Below the pieces are notes generated by a model. It searched no databases. It was not told where the DNA came from and saw nothing but the letters and a program-made list of their open reading frames with translations. The position numbers and the translations under genes were made by a program. 64,000 nt of DNA. It comes from Patellaria atrata CBS 101060 (taxonomy: Eukaryota). Position 1 is the stretch's first letter. Every line of letters starts with the position of its first letter. Of this stretch, positions 23,978 through 36,642 are shown in pieces. The stretch lies in the NCBI GenBank assembly GCA_010093705.1, contig MU006090.1, positions 2,100,022 through 2,164,021 of the forward strand, in the 5' to 3' direction.

Positions 23978-25460
23978 TATCTCAATGTCTTGCTAACGTG
24001 ACGAGTTTTCCTCATCATATTGATAATGATCCGCAACGACTCTCTTGCTCAATAGCATCTCCAAATTTCCACACATCTCTCATCCATTCGGCCGCGTCGG
24101 CGTACACGAAACCGACGCGTCTCTCTTAATCTCATCATCGGCGTCGACGGGGCATTGGATCTCTTTCTTTGCTTTTCATTTCAATCTTCCTTTCGCTGCT
24201 GGACGGGCGTCATATTATTTCTATGGTGGTGGAGGGTCCGGTGACAGTTCTCAGACTCAGCTACCACGATGGTGGGAGTAGTTGTCGACCGGTCGGGCGT
24301 GAACGTGGCAGGCAGGCAGGCATCGACGCTTGTGGATACGATGAATAGCTAATGGATGTCTATTTTGCCTTCTTCGTGCTCCTCCCTTATTGCCGGTCTA
24401 ATTACTCTCCATCTTGTGCTTTGCACCCTTTTATGTTACTAAGCTGTACGAGTTTGCGGTTTTTCCTGCTACTACGTGTCTGTGAGGCGTTAATGGCTCT
24501 TGATTCTCGGGTTTGCTGTTTGTCTGCTTTTCTTCTGCGGTTGTATTGGAAAGACGGGATGTGCGATGTACGCCGACGAGTGGTATGTCTATAGCATAGG
24601 TTGGTAGGGAACAATAAAAGGGGTGTGCTGCTCTTATTCTTCGAACGTTTCTGCGTGACGTGGATGAGTGCGAGAATGCATGATAAGTGAGACTTGCTCA
24701 TTAGGACTGATATCTAAAGTTCGGCTTTATAGATGTTCGATGTCACCCTATCTCCCTACCTTCTCCCCCTTGAGTTCCCCTTTACCATTCCTCTAGACGA
24801 CCACAATCGTGGAGCGTACATAGTACGTATCTATCTTTCAAATGTAGGACCCATGAGTACACCAGACATGCACACCCATTTGAAGTGTATAAAAGAAGTA
24901 GTCGACTTATCAGCAAAACGTCAATTACATTATATCAGTATGCAGATTCATCCACCGCTATAATTTCTGTCATATCACCCTTACCCGGTACAGTACACTT
25001 TGCCGTAAGAGGCGCACACCCGCGTACCGGTACGATCCGACTGTAAGGATGGATAACTCACGGCTCCGTATGGCTCGGGTCAGGAGTCAGCTTGATGTAC
25101 GCGTACTGGACAGTCGGCCGCGTATGCTCATGGCAAGGTGGGATTTCTACTTGGAACTGATCGTTTCCTTATCCTTGTTTAGGATTATGGGTGGGTTGGA
25201 GCTTGAGATTCGGCGTCGTATCTTGTACAGTACGGTACGTACCATAGTAAAGCTCGAGATGACCTTAACCTCTTGCGTCTACAAAGCCTAACCTCTGAGC
25301 ATAGAGAATCCGGCTCCTGTTGTACTGTACAGGACAGTACCGAACACAGGACCGACGTGCACCCGACTTCTCACCAGCCGCAACCCAAAGCTTACTGTAC
25401 GTCCGCCACTACCATATCAGTCGAGGGCTTCTACGAAAGGGCTGCCCTCTACGGTAAGCT

Positions 25461-25552
25461 AAAAAAAAAAAATTAAAAAATAAAAAAATAAAAAATAAAA
25501 AAAAAAGAATTAAAAAATAAAAAAATAAAAAATATAAAAATATAAAAAAATA
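25461..25552. repeat. A-rich low-complexity tract (A5-10T)n
   Basis: About 90 nt almost entirely A with interspersed T. Confidence 0.9.
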
Positions 25553-27075
25553 ATCCATCATCGGCGATCACCGCGTCTTTCCGGCTGAGTGCGCAGGGAG
25601 TTTTCGTATCTGGTCCCAATATCAGAGAAGCAGAAAACTCGTATACAACATCTCTTCCAAGTCTTACGGTAGAAACGCGCGAGGTGATGAGATTCCATGA
25701 CTCGTCTTCCACTGTGGTGGATGTCCTTAAGCGAAGAAGACGTGCTGTAACTTAGGCTTATCGATAAAGGCAGTTTTCCAACTTTCCCCCTCCACCTCAC
25801 CAACTCTCGATAATAGCCTGACATGACATATATCCATCTTGTCCAAATCTCGAGCATAAAACCTCCCACCTACACTTCCAACTTACTAAACTATGCGCCG
25901 CGTACCATTAATTCCCCTCCAAACACTACCGTAGCAGGCTAGATCTAACAATCGACAATGCACGTGGGAAAGTGGCGTTCGTCAATGGTTCAATACGAAC
26001 GGGGGATTAGCAACGGGTCTAGCATCTTGCATACCTTACGGGCTACCACAGTAAGGTAATGAGGTTGCATATTGCGGGGAAAGGGTGTGGGAAAAGGGTG
26101 AGGTGTGCAGCACTTCCCTACTTTCCAACCGTCGCCCGCGGGGATGACAAAGTTGGTGCCGGGGTAGTTCCGGAGCTAAACTACCTGAGCTTAAGGTTTA
26201 TCTGAAAGTCTGAACGAGCTTAAGGTATGGTGGCAAGACCAAAGGGTCCAGTGGTGATCGACGGGTTGATGGACCCTGAGGTGGGCTTCGACTGCGTTAC
26301 GATTATCTGGTACTACTATTGGTTTATCGTGGGTTACTGTAGGTGGGAAAGGGAAACGGTTCTGGTCTATACGGATGGTTAGGTTGTACAGTACAGTACA
26401 GCACGGAAGAGGTGGTGTAAGGTCTTGTTCATAAGGTAGCCGATAAGGCGCTTGCCAGTCGTGCCGGTATAGTACTCTACCTCGTGCTCTCCATGATTTC
26501 ATTGCACCTAATTCGAAGATCGTGGCTTTCCTTCAGTCCATTCTCGAGTCGAAGCTTGAGAGATTCAGTGACTAAGCACGGAGTAATCTGCTGAGCTACT
26601 GTATAGTTAGTTCCCCTTCTCCATTTGTGTAGTTCTGATTAGGGCCAAACGTTGAAAGGGGATCTCGCATCAAAGCTCCATGCAACCCTTCGGCACAGTA
26701 TTCCGAACGTTTTTGTCTTGTCCAAGCTATCATGTCGTCATTGTTACCAGGAATGCTTCAAAGCCTCAGATTTGTTTGCAGAGTACGAGCATAGCTTCAT
26801 TGGATGTCTGACAACCACAGGACGTGACCACCACCTCGAACCGGCTGACAACCCTAAACCTGGGCCGAGTTTGTCTACAGATCCTCTATATAGCTGAGAT
26901 GATATAGCTGATGTGATATATGTTTCTTCCGCTTTGCGCGCTACGCGTTGAACCCTTTTCGCCTCAGACAAACAAAAAGCCCGTCCTTGTGGAATACTGA
27001 TAATATCGTACAGGATTCACGACATCCACTAACCGAGAAATATACAGTGCAAGGGGAAGCACAAGAAAAGCCGTT

Positions 27076-28441
27076 TCAATCGTTCATCCAAGCTGCAACC
27101 CTATTGCCACCGAACCTTGCCGCGAAACGGAGTCCAGTCGTGCCCATAGGAAAGTAGCTGACAAGATACCACACCAGGCAAACGAGCTGAATAAGGGTTG
27201 AGATGAGGGTGAGAAAAGGTTTGTGCAGCTACAACAATCACGCGCACAGACAGTTAGCATGTGTTCGAGCAATCAAATATCGCGCTAACGGGCGTGGGGT
27301 GGGTGGGATGGTAACTTCGACCGGGGTATAGAAGGAAGGAGCATCTCTGGCTTTACAATCTTACATGGAACAACCGCACTTACCCCAAGTGAAAAGTATA
27401 ACGTGAGAGCAATGGAGCCAAAGTATGCCGCCGTAAACGGCAAACGGGGTCCAGAAACGAGATGTTGCACTGTTGTACGCGTTAGATATTGTACAGTACG
27501 TACCGCTTAAGGGATTTGAGGGGAGACGAGACGATAACTTACCATATGTTGCGGGTCCTAGCATAGCTGCCCATGAGCACAAGAATAACGCCGAACCGAG
27601 AGTCCACCTGAGATTTTGAATCAAAGTTAGCCTTGTAGAACCTAAAATGCCTAAGTGTATACGGATAGTAAACCACCGAAAGACTGATAGTGGTTGAGAT
27701 TAGGTAGAGACTTCTGCAGCACGTTAATGCTAGAACCCGCATGATCTTCACTGGTCTAACCTGAACCCTGATCTAGACGAGTTAAGTCATGATCACAGCA
27801 TCGACGTTTTACATTCCGCGATGTGTGGCCCCATATGCGGCCAATGCCTGTAGAGTTGATAGACTAGAAAACCAAGACTTACAAGACGGCAAACTTGGAC
27901 GGTCTCGCAATGAAAAGGGGTGTAAACATCAATCCAAAGCAAGTGACAAACATTGCCAAGGCAGCCAGATTGAAAGCGGCAAAGACGAGTAGACGATCCC
28001 ATCGACTAACTGTGTCATGCAATGAAAATGTTAGCAACTTCAACCTATCTTGCTTCAAAATATTTGTAGTCGGTTACGGGAACGTATGCAAGCCTCATGC
28101 ACGATAAAGGCTACGCAGGAACTGCAGTTTTATCACAGTCGTTCAAAGATCTGCCCGGTACGTACTCCGTTTCGCAAGACGGGTATTAGGACCAGACTGC
28201 TGGATATTGGGGACTTACGTGCGAACCAACCCTCCTCTTCCTCTCGCCGAGTTGGAGCAGGTAGAGGCGCCCCAGGATTCTCTTGTGTCGGAAGCCTAAC
28301 ATAGCCTCCGCTACCGAATGGGTTTATGGACTGTAATCTGCTGAGAATTGGAGTGGACGATGACGTATTGACAGGTATGTCCGGGTCTCTGCGACTCCAT
28401 CCTAGATTATTCATAGAATCTCTAAACGAAGTGGATGCCAT
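27076..28441 (-). CDS. SFT2: Got1/Sft2-family vesicle transport protein
   Basis: MASTSFRDSMNNLGWSRR...EEEEGWFA|LSRWDR...RPSKFAVL|WTLGS...HLVSGPRLPFT...YLVSYFPMGTTGLR; introns include 28218-28010, 27882-27608 and 27383-27229. Confidence 0.9.
27653..27795 (-). ncRNA. Candidate intronic H/ACA-like snoRNA in SFT2 intron 2
   Basis: Hairpin, H box AGATCA (27747-27742), hairpin closed by TGCGG/CCGTA, ACA+3 nt (27658-27653), about 25 nt before the branch point. Confidence 0.45.
28062..28201 (-). ncRNA. Candidate intronic H/ACA snoRNA in SFT2 intron 1
   Basis: Hairpin CAGTC...GACTG, H box ATAAAA (28133-28128), hairpin with AGCCT/AGGCT, ACA+3 nt (28067-28062). Confidence 0.55.
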
Positions 28442-31400
28442 GACTGGGAGTCAGGAGGATAGGTGTGTGTAGCTGGAATAGAAGGTGCGCGAGGAACTGA
28501 TCCACCAGCCTCCTAGCAAACACAACTCTCGCGGTGTCGGACTTTACAGCGTTCAAAGAGTGTGGCTGAACAGTATCTTAATGTAGATGGCAAACAGACG
28601 GATTTGTAAAATGGGGCGCCCGGGGAGCGAGGTTACGGTGCAGACGGAGGATTTCGTGCAGATGATCTTCCTGTAGGATAGCTGCAATAGAGATGGGTAT
28701 GGATATGGAGTGCCCAATGACAGATGTCTTGACAAGGTCTAAGACACTAAGGGACAGTCGAGAGAGGCTTGTGACAGCGTTCTGAGTGTAGGAGGTTCGA
28801 TCGTCGTGAAGCGGTAGTGTGTCTTTCCCTGTACGGAACGGCGCGGAAACGAATATAGGTGAAGGCTCGATTAGGTGGATTACGTGCGCAGGTAGAAAGG
28901 TGGTGTGGTGAGAGAGGGTTCGAAGAATGCCGTATCAGGGTCAACAAAGAACAGTATAGAAGGGTCAGAGGTGATGGTGATGGGTGGTGGTGAGAGCTGG
29001 GGTGCATGAATCCAAATTGGGATTAGGAAGGGTGTCTGTCAAGGGTTTGGAGGCCGAGTGCCACCGCAGGGAGCATTTGAACTCCTTGAAGCTTTGTGGA
29101 AGTGTGGCTGCGAATCTGATTACCTGAACTTTCCCCATCTTCCTTTCATTCTACCATCCCGAGATATCCAGCTACCAAGACCTAGTGGGTACATCGGATA
29201 TCTCTCGTACCCGCTATTCAGATTACTTGATTTATCCTCAAACCTACCTTCGCGGATGTTCTTTGTCCTGTAATTGTACGGTAGTTCTGTTCCCTAAGCT
29301 TGGTAACTACTCTCACATACTGTGAGGATGAATAACAGTTCTGCCTTGAGAGACGGCGTGGAAGGCAGCAATTTATCTGGTATAAAAAAACATTAAGACC
29401 GCCCTCGACAAAGGGCAGACTCATCATGTCCCGTTGAAGGTCTAAAAGTCGAAGGCGCAGAGAAGGGCGAAGAAGGCAGAGTTGAAGAAATGTCGCGGAA
29501 AGTGGCAAAGAGATGAGTCAGGGAGGTCCCAAGTAGAGTTGAGTTCATGGAAGACTAATATTGTATGAATCTGTTTAGTAGATGCTTAACAGTTTATGCA
29601 GTATCCACAATACTGTATTTCCGGTTTGTTGCGCGTTTCCCATCTTGAAAGTGAGACTCAAGGGTCGCAAGTGATCACTGCCCACCATCCCCCGTGGCCC
29701 CCCTCCTCCCCTCTCCCCCTCCCTTTGAGAGGATTGTAAATTGGGAGTGGGTGTGCAAGATGAGAATAGGCGACAAGAAAGCTGAAGACAGGAGGCCTCT
29801 TTTCAATACTCTCACTGTTCCCCGGTGTATTGGTGATGTAAAGTATATGAATAGGACTAGACTCTCGATCAATATATATATCGCTGCACCTACCCTCCTG
29901 TCTGGCCAACCATTTGCCTCAAATCTGTATCGCTTCTGCCCTCGCTCTTCTAATAATCTTTGGAACTCTGTCAGAAACTGACTGCATTTCTGCAAGTACT
30001 TCCCATTTTAGACTACGCCGCTCTGTAATTGCTATTAACCAAGCGTTGCAAGCACTCTAAAGCTCGCTCTTGACCGAAAGAAAGCCTAAAGCAAAAGGTC
30101 CTCCTTTGGGTGCACCTCATCGTCAAACCAGGAGCCTCGAAGCCGCTCTCGACCGCCTATTCGTTGAAGGAAACGAACCTCAGCCTCTCAGAGACTCCGT
30201 CCAGATCCTCTTCCACCTCTTCACCTCTTCATCTTCATTCCTTTTTCACCTTTCTCTCCTCTCCTCCTCCCTTTAATTCTTCTCCGTCGCCCTGCTTCAA
30301 AGCTCAAGGCGGAGGATACTCTTCAATTCATAATAGCGCGGCGCAAAAAGGCCTTCGGTCAAGGTTACCGCGCTACGCTCACACCTCTCTCCCTTCCTTA
30401 CCCCCCCAAGGACTCCCCGCCATCGTCACTGATATTTCTGGACGTCGCACAGAACTCGACAAGAACCCCTCCATCCCTCCAACAACACCAACAACGAGCG
30501 CCTATTCACGGCCTTGTTGCTCTCCCTTACCATCCATCAGAAATTGGAAACTTATCGAAACGCAGCTGGAAACTGTCGTTCATATATTGTCCTAAGAGAG
30601 TCGACAAACCGATCCCCGTATTACAACAAAATTCCCCGTTCCCGGGATCCCGTTTGCTGCCTCCCATCGTCACTCCGACGACAGCAAAGCAGCTACCCGA
30701 CCATTGCATCTAATTTCGCCAATCGCTGGAATCCTCTTCATCCTACTATCGCATCTCGCGAGCATTGTTCGCTTGTATCTTTTGACTTGGTAAGTTCGCG
30801 CACAATTTCTTTTCGTCTCCCCAATGTCAACCCTAAAAAGTGCACGTCTCGCGACCTCGCAAGGCCTCCGCTCTACACCGTCTTTCTGACAATACGCTCG
30901 AATGTGTCTATTATTGAGAATACTATTGTTCTACACCGTCAATAAACATACACACTCAATGGCTATTGTTTGGAGCTGTCACTAATCAAGCGCTTCTATT
31001 GTTCAGAACTGCCACTTGTAGCAAACGCGGTCGAATACCTTTGCTTCTTCCGCACTTCACCTCAACGCAACAACCTCAACCCACCATTGCAGCTCTTGGT
31101 CGAGTCTCACCCTCACTCGAAAATTGTATGCATCTGCAGTAAGACGCACACAGAAGGCGCACATGCACCTAAAGTTCGCCACAAACTCTTCGACAACCTC
31201 CCAAGGCGAAGAATTTTCAATTTGCTTGTCTGCAACAATTGTCGCAAACCTCTACAGAGGTCCATATTTACGCAGGTACTGAATCAACCCCGTGCCATTA
31301 GAAAGTCACCCTTCCGACCCCGCCGCTCATCCAACTAAGAGGCGATCTCGGACCCTTGCATCAGTTACCGCTCAAGAGCTCGAGTCTCCAAATAACTGAC

Positions 31401-31654
31401 ATCGCCCGTGTGTTCAACAAGTAATGCCTGTTTCGTGTAAGTTTACATGCCCTCGATAGTTTGTTCATTCATGCAAGAGAGTCTATTGTGTCGCATTCAC
31501 TGATCATCTACCTCAACTGACTTTTGCTGCAGCTGACTATTTTACCACACCAATATCATTACCTGACTACAATTATAAAATATCTGCTAAGCCGGATCCT
31601 CAGCTGGACACATCTTTGAACGACGATTTTGATATTTTCAGTCCAACTGGTGAC

Positions 31655-33268
31655 ATGGCGGGCACCGGTTCTCCTTACATAAAGGACGAAGAAGACGAGT
31701 TGCAATACAATCCCAACCGATTCATGGCCCACAATGGATACGACATGCAGCACTTTAATAACGATCAGACGTTCGGCAACTCTCACGCCGAAACTGGCGG
31801 TGTGAATCCATCTGACCTTACCATGGGCACCAACATCATGAACAACCAATATGGATCACATGTTATGTCCAGCGATTATGGCGTGGGCCATTCTCGTTTC
31901 GGAGACGACGAACTGGCGGACCTCATCAGCATTGATACCTCACGTCAAGGAAACTTTATGCCAGAACAGGTCAACATGCAGAATCACAATCAAGGTTACT
32001 TTCCTAGTAACTCTACTAATGGTGCTCCGGTCTCAATGGCTCAGCGAAACCAACAGATGAACGCGATGTACTCGAATACACCCGATGGTGCACCCATTCA
32101 GAGCCCCTTTGTGAACAGTTTCAACTACAACCAATATCCCGGTATCGCACACAGCATTCAGACCACTGGTATGGCAAACGGAGCCTTTGGGTCACGCAAG
32201 CAGATGCCTATAATCGAGCGCCAGGTGTCTGATTCACGCAGTCCCATGACGCCGCAGACGCCAGCTCTGGGTGGCCTTCATTTAGGAACTCCAGACTCAA
32301 GCAGTTATTCTTCTCAACCGATCGCAGCCAACAAGATAGGTCATCGTCAACAACACAGCGTATCTACCCAGTGGGATAACACACCTGGAAGCAACTCCTG
32401 GATCGATTCTCCATTGTCTTCACCCCAAAACAACTCGTCAATGCACCCCCAGATTTCGGAAATGCTAGGCAGGGGTGCTTCTCTCCCAAACAAGGTTTCC
32501 GGGGGCCAGAGTGCATCTGTACCCGCCTATCAGTCCCAAGATGCTAAGAAGCGCCGTCGACGCGAGTCGCATAACGCCGTGGAACGACGTCGCCGCGATA
32601 ATATCAATGAGCGGATTCAGGATCTATCACGCCTGGTGCCTTCTCACCGCCTTGAGGATGAAAAAATCAAGAAACATATCCACAACAATGGACCTCTCTC
32701 TCCGAGCCTCGGACCGACCGGAATGTCTCCACCACAAGCAACGTCATTGTTGGCAGGTGGCACTGGTAGGCGGGCTGCAGGAAATATCACCACCGGGCTT
32801 CCGATTGAGGAGAAAGACAAGGGCCCTAACAAAGGGGATATTCTGAATGGTGCCGTGAGCTGGACTCGCGATCTCATGTGGATGCTCCATAGGAAGTTCC
32901 AAGATCAAGAAAGGATGCAGGAATACATCATCTCACTGGGCGGTACATTTGAGATGGATGAATCTGAGGAAGAGAAGCGTATGCGCACGGAACTCGTGGA
33001 TGCCGTTGATAAGAATGGCCCGGACAAGTTCTTTTACTCCCGCGGCCCAGGTAGTGGCCTTCGCGTACCAAAGCACACTACCCTCTCAGGCGACCCAATC
33101 AATAACCCCCGTTCTCCACAGAGCTTAAGTCCTGCTATGCAAGCTGGTGGCAGCGGAAACAATTCTGGAAATGCTCAACATTACTGGAGCGGTCATCATA
33201 GCGGTAGCAGTGGACGTGGCTCGTTCAGCCTCAAGGAGGAAGACGAATACAACATGGACATGAGCTAA
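31655..33268 (+). CDS. bHLH transcription factor (Rtg3/MiT-TFE-like)
   Basis: KKRRRRESHNAVERRRRDNINERIQDLSRLVP...PNKGDILNGAVSW; first in-frame ATG at 31655 (the listed ORF start at 31616 is TTG). Confidence 0.9.
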   Translation: MAGTGSPYIKDEEDELQYNPNRFMAHNGYDMQHFNNDQTFGNSHAETGGVNPSDLTMGTNIMNNQYGSHVMSSDYGVGHSRFGDDELADLISIDTSRQGNFMPEQVNMQNHNQGYFPSNSTNGAPVSMAQRNQQMNAMYSNTPDGAPIQSPFVNSFNYNQYPGIAHSIQTTGMANGAFGSRKQMPIIERQVSDSRSPMTPQTPALGGLHLGTPDSSSYSSQPIAANKIGHRQQHSVSTQWDNTPGSNSWIDSPLSSPQNNSSMHPQISEMLGRGASLPNKVSGGQSASVPAYQSQDAKKRRRRESHNAVERRRRDNINERIQDLSRLVPSHRLEDEKIKKHIHNNGPLSPSLGPTGMSPPQATSLLAGGTGRRAAGNITTGLPIEEKDKGPNKGDILNGAVSWTRDLMWMLHRKFQDQERMQEYIISLGGTFEMDESEEEKRMRTELVDAVDKNGPDKFFYSRGPGSGLRVPKHTTLSGDPINNPRSPQSLSPAMQAGGSGNNSGNAQHYWSGHHSGSSGRGSFSLKEEDEYNMDMS

Positions 33269-34920
33269 TGACTCTCCATGGCCTTCTTGGACTTTACATT
33301 TTCCATTTCTTCCATTGATTTCATAACTGAGATACCCCTCGAGCAGTTGCTCTTTTAGAGGTTCGGATACATCTCCGCATCACCTAGACTGCGGACCAAT
33401 GGCCCATTGCATTGTATTCCTTGCTCTCGTCCACTACTCTTCTATATACTTACTTCTACTCCACGAATCCTTGGAATAGGGAAGAGAAAACGAGTTGGGA
33501 CCGATGGCGATCTATGCGGGGCTTCATGGCCTACCTCATTCCTACTTTTCAATCTATTTCCTTTGTTCGGCTTATTGCTGTCTGTCGTGGTTCTGGGTTC
33601 TGGGTTATACACTTCATGGAGCTTCTGGTGTTACACTGGCGACTGAAGGGGCATTAGTGATCTGAATTTCTTTCTTCTCTTTTCATACACGGCGTTTCAC
33701 TACCCCACATAGTTCTGGTGTTCAGGATCTGGTGTTGTAATCGGCAAGGGACGAAACGATTCTCTGTTACTGGGTCTCCTATTGCATACTCCTACAGTCG
33801 GCATTCTATTACTCATGCACAATCTCCACTTCACCATCTTACTTTACTTGCACATTGAGGTGACGAACCATCAGTGTAGGGGGGTCTTGTATGCGTCGCG
33901 CTGAGGACTAGATAGGTATCTTTCTCAGCGCCGATGTTCTCAAGTACTGGGCTCAAAGGGTTCGGTGATGGATTATGGGTACACGATTTCTTGGCTCTTT
34001 CACATCCCCCCATTTCATACTTTGGCTTTTTCACATTTCACATCTTGGGTTTTCTTTCTCAGGCGGTTGGGACGGTACTATACTGCAATATTTCTCACTT
34101 TACTTCAAATTTCATGTATGAATTGGCTTATACCTCTATCCTGAATCTATACATCGGTTTGGGATACCACAGTGCTGTTGTCTGCAAGTGATGATTTTTT
34201 GTATTGGTGATATCAGATTATCGGACCCTAGCTATTTTCCTTCGCAAGCGGAAATGTTCAGCAACGGCCACTAGCCACCATTTTCCCTGGATATAGTTCA
34301 AGGACGATCTCACCCTCCCGCAAGCACTTAAGAGGAAATGATGTGGGCACGAATCCTATCCCCAACCTCTACGCCACTCAACTCATAACGAGCAAAAAAT
34401 CAAACCCAGAAAGATCGACTTCAGCCACACGCATGAACCCGCTCTAGTAGCAGGGAAGCGGAAGAAGCGGCATCGAACATACTAACCTGCTAAGGTTGCG
34501 AAACACATGGACCGGTGAATCCCCTCTGATTGAACTCCCATAAAAGAATAGCTATTTGGTTTTTCTTAGCGTGTATTCCTTCTTGTTTAAAAGTAGTGAA
34601 AGGATCCCTTGCACCCCTGGTCAATCCTCGACACCACCATCCACCCCCACCCCCGAGATCCATGTCCCTGTCCGCAACCCATCCCGTTTTCGAACGCGCC
34701 CCACCCCCGACCATCCCCGCGAGGGGGGTGTAGGTCACGAGGTGTGGCTAGCAGAGCAATCATGTGGGTCTTGTCTCGTACTGTCTGCCTTTTCTGTTTT
34801 TCCACCTTCTACACTTTCGTGTGGTGGGGATGGGTGGGGACTATAGAAGTGTTCGTGGTGGTGATGGTGGGTTCATGATAGCGTTTCAGGATGGCAGAAA
34901 GACCGGAAAGTGGGAATGTA

Positions 34921-34923
<3 letters not shown>

Positions 34924-34996
<73 letters not shown>
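34924..34996. repeat. Compound microsatellite (GA)n(GT)n
   Basis: Direct reading. Confidence 0.98.
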
Positions 34997-34998
<2 letters not shown>

Positions 34999-35133
34999 GA
35001 AACCTTTTCTCTTATCATTCCACAAAGTTCCCGGTTGTTGGTATGGAAAGGGCGGATACGCAGGCTCCCGTGATGTTTGCTCTACGACGCATGTTCTCGA
35101 CGGCTATGGCTACGGTGCTGACGCGGCTGGTGA

Positions 35134-35860
35134 TCACCGTGATTGCGAGGCGCTGGAGCTGCCTCCGCTGGTGTGACGCGTTGCCTGTGAGAGTTCCTGT
35201 AGTGAGAGAGAAGAGGGGGCCGTGGTGTCTTTTGCGCTGCTATCGTCGTCTGTGTAGCCAAGGTTTTTCATCTCGTCGGGGGCCATAAGGTTCCTATCTC
35301 CCCTCAAAGAAGTTAGTCTCGTATTCTCGAAGCGTTCTGGAGCATCAAGATGGTGGAGGGGGTTCCCTCGTCCCCGTGACTGTGGGCAGTCTCGGTGTAT
35401 TTGATCTCACGCAAGGAAGACATAATGTCCTATTCCCGGTACAGGAAAACGGTGTTTGCATAGACGAGGAGCGAAAAGTGGGTACGGACCGGTCCATACG
35501 ACATTGTAGATACTGTTTCGAAAGGAGCCTGCATTCGGGGTCATTTGTGCCACGATGTTGGCGCAGGCACTTGAGGTACAAGGTCATGATGGATTTGCAT
35601 TCGCCTGGGAAGAGGGGGTTAGTTGAAGCATGCAACATCAGGCGAGGGGTTTGGATCTACCATCGTGATCGAGCGGGAAGGAACCGCGTTCAGGCCTTGG
35701 GATAGATGGTTAGTCGCTAGGTTTGACTGTGTGTTTAGAGTACATTTGGGGAGGATGTGTTATTGCGGTGATATTATATGGTAAGGGGAAGAGGGGGGAA
35801 CGCGTACGGAACTGGTTTTGAGATAATCTGTCTACCTCCTGGGCCGCCGAAGGTACTCAT
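35134..35860 (-). CDS. COX19: Cytochrome c oxidase assembly twin-CX9C protein
   Basis: MSTFGGPGGRQ..P|PERGSFPLDHD|GECKSIMTLYLKC...ECRLLSKQYLQCRMDR|NLMAPDEMKNLG. Confidence 0.92.
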
Positions 35861-36642
35861 GCCTTTATGGAAGAGATATCGCGACGATCAATTTGGATAT
35901 GGTTTGACTTAAAATTCTGTTGAACGGAGATTTGCACATCCTAGACTTTTGATACTTGAAGGTTGGATATGTAGTTCGCACAGGGGCGCAATGTGGCGCG
36001 AGCTTCAAGCTATGAAGCATGCGATTTTCAATTCCCTTCGCAGCTTCGGCGTACCGATCTACACTAAAATTTCGTGATATGCCATTCTGTAATGTTCTGT
36101 TATTGTTGGAGGTCGTGGCCGCCCTTAGTTTTTCTTTTTTTTTTATTATTCCATTGTATTGTATTATCTACAATACTGCGTATGCAGCCTTCAAGCTATG
36201 GCGCAACTCCCTATATACATAAATCCCTTTTCAGGGCCCTTATATGCTTAGTGAAGTCTTCAGTAGCTTAACCCACTGATATTTATATGCAAAGGAAAGT
36301 CAGTACGTTTGTTTACACTCCATACAAAGGAAATTGTTGGAGAACCATCTTTCTTCCTCTTTACCATCTCTTTTCTATTTCCAGTTCTATGCCATACATC
36401 TTGTTATCTTCTGTAGACCTGCCTTTAGTTATGTTGTACTGTACAGTATGCTATTGTCCAGGATTGGACCCATTCCCTTCTTAGTTCCCTCTCAGCAACG
36501 CCTCTCTCCATTATGCAACCTGATTCCCGAACCCTTTTTCCCAACGCCTGAAATTCCAAACTCTTCAAGTCCCGAGAACCAAACCCCTATTTATATTAGC
36601 AAAAGGAACATATAAGCGACTCTAACTTAATCGAACCTTCTT

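Noticed and set aside
34764..35176. ORFs with ERERER/VCVCVC or HTHT/LSLS repeats
   Set aside because: Translations of the (GA)n(GT)n microsatellite
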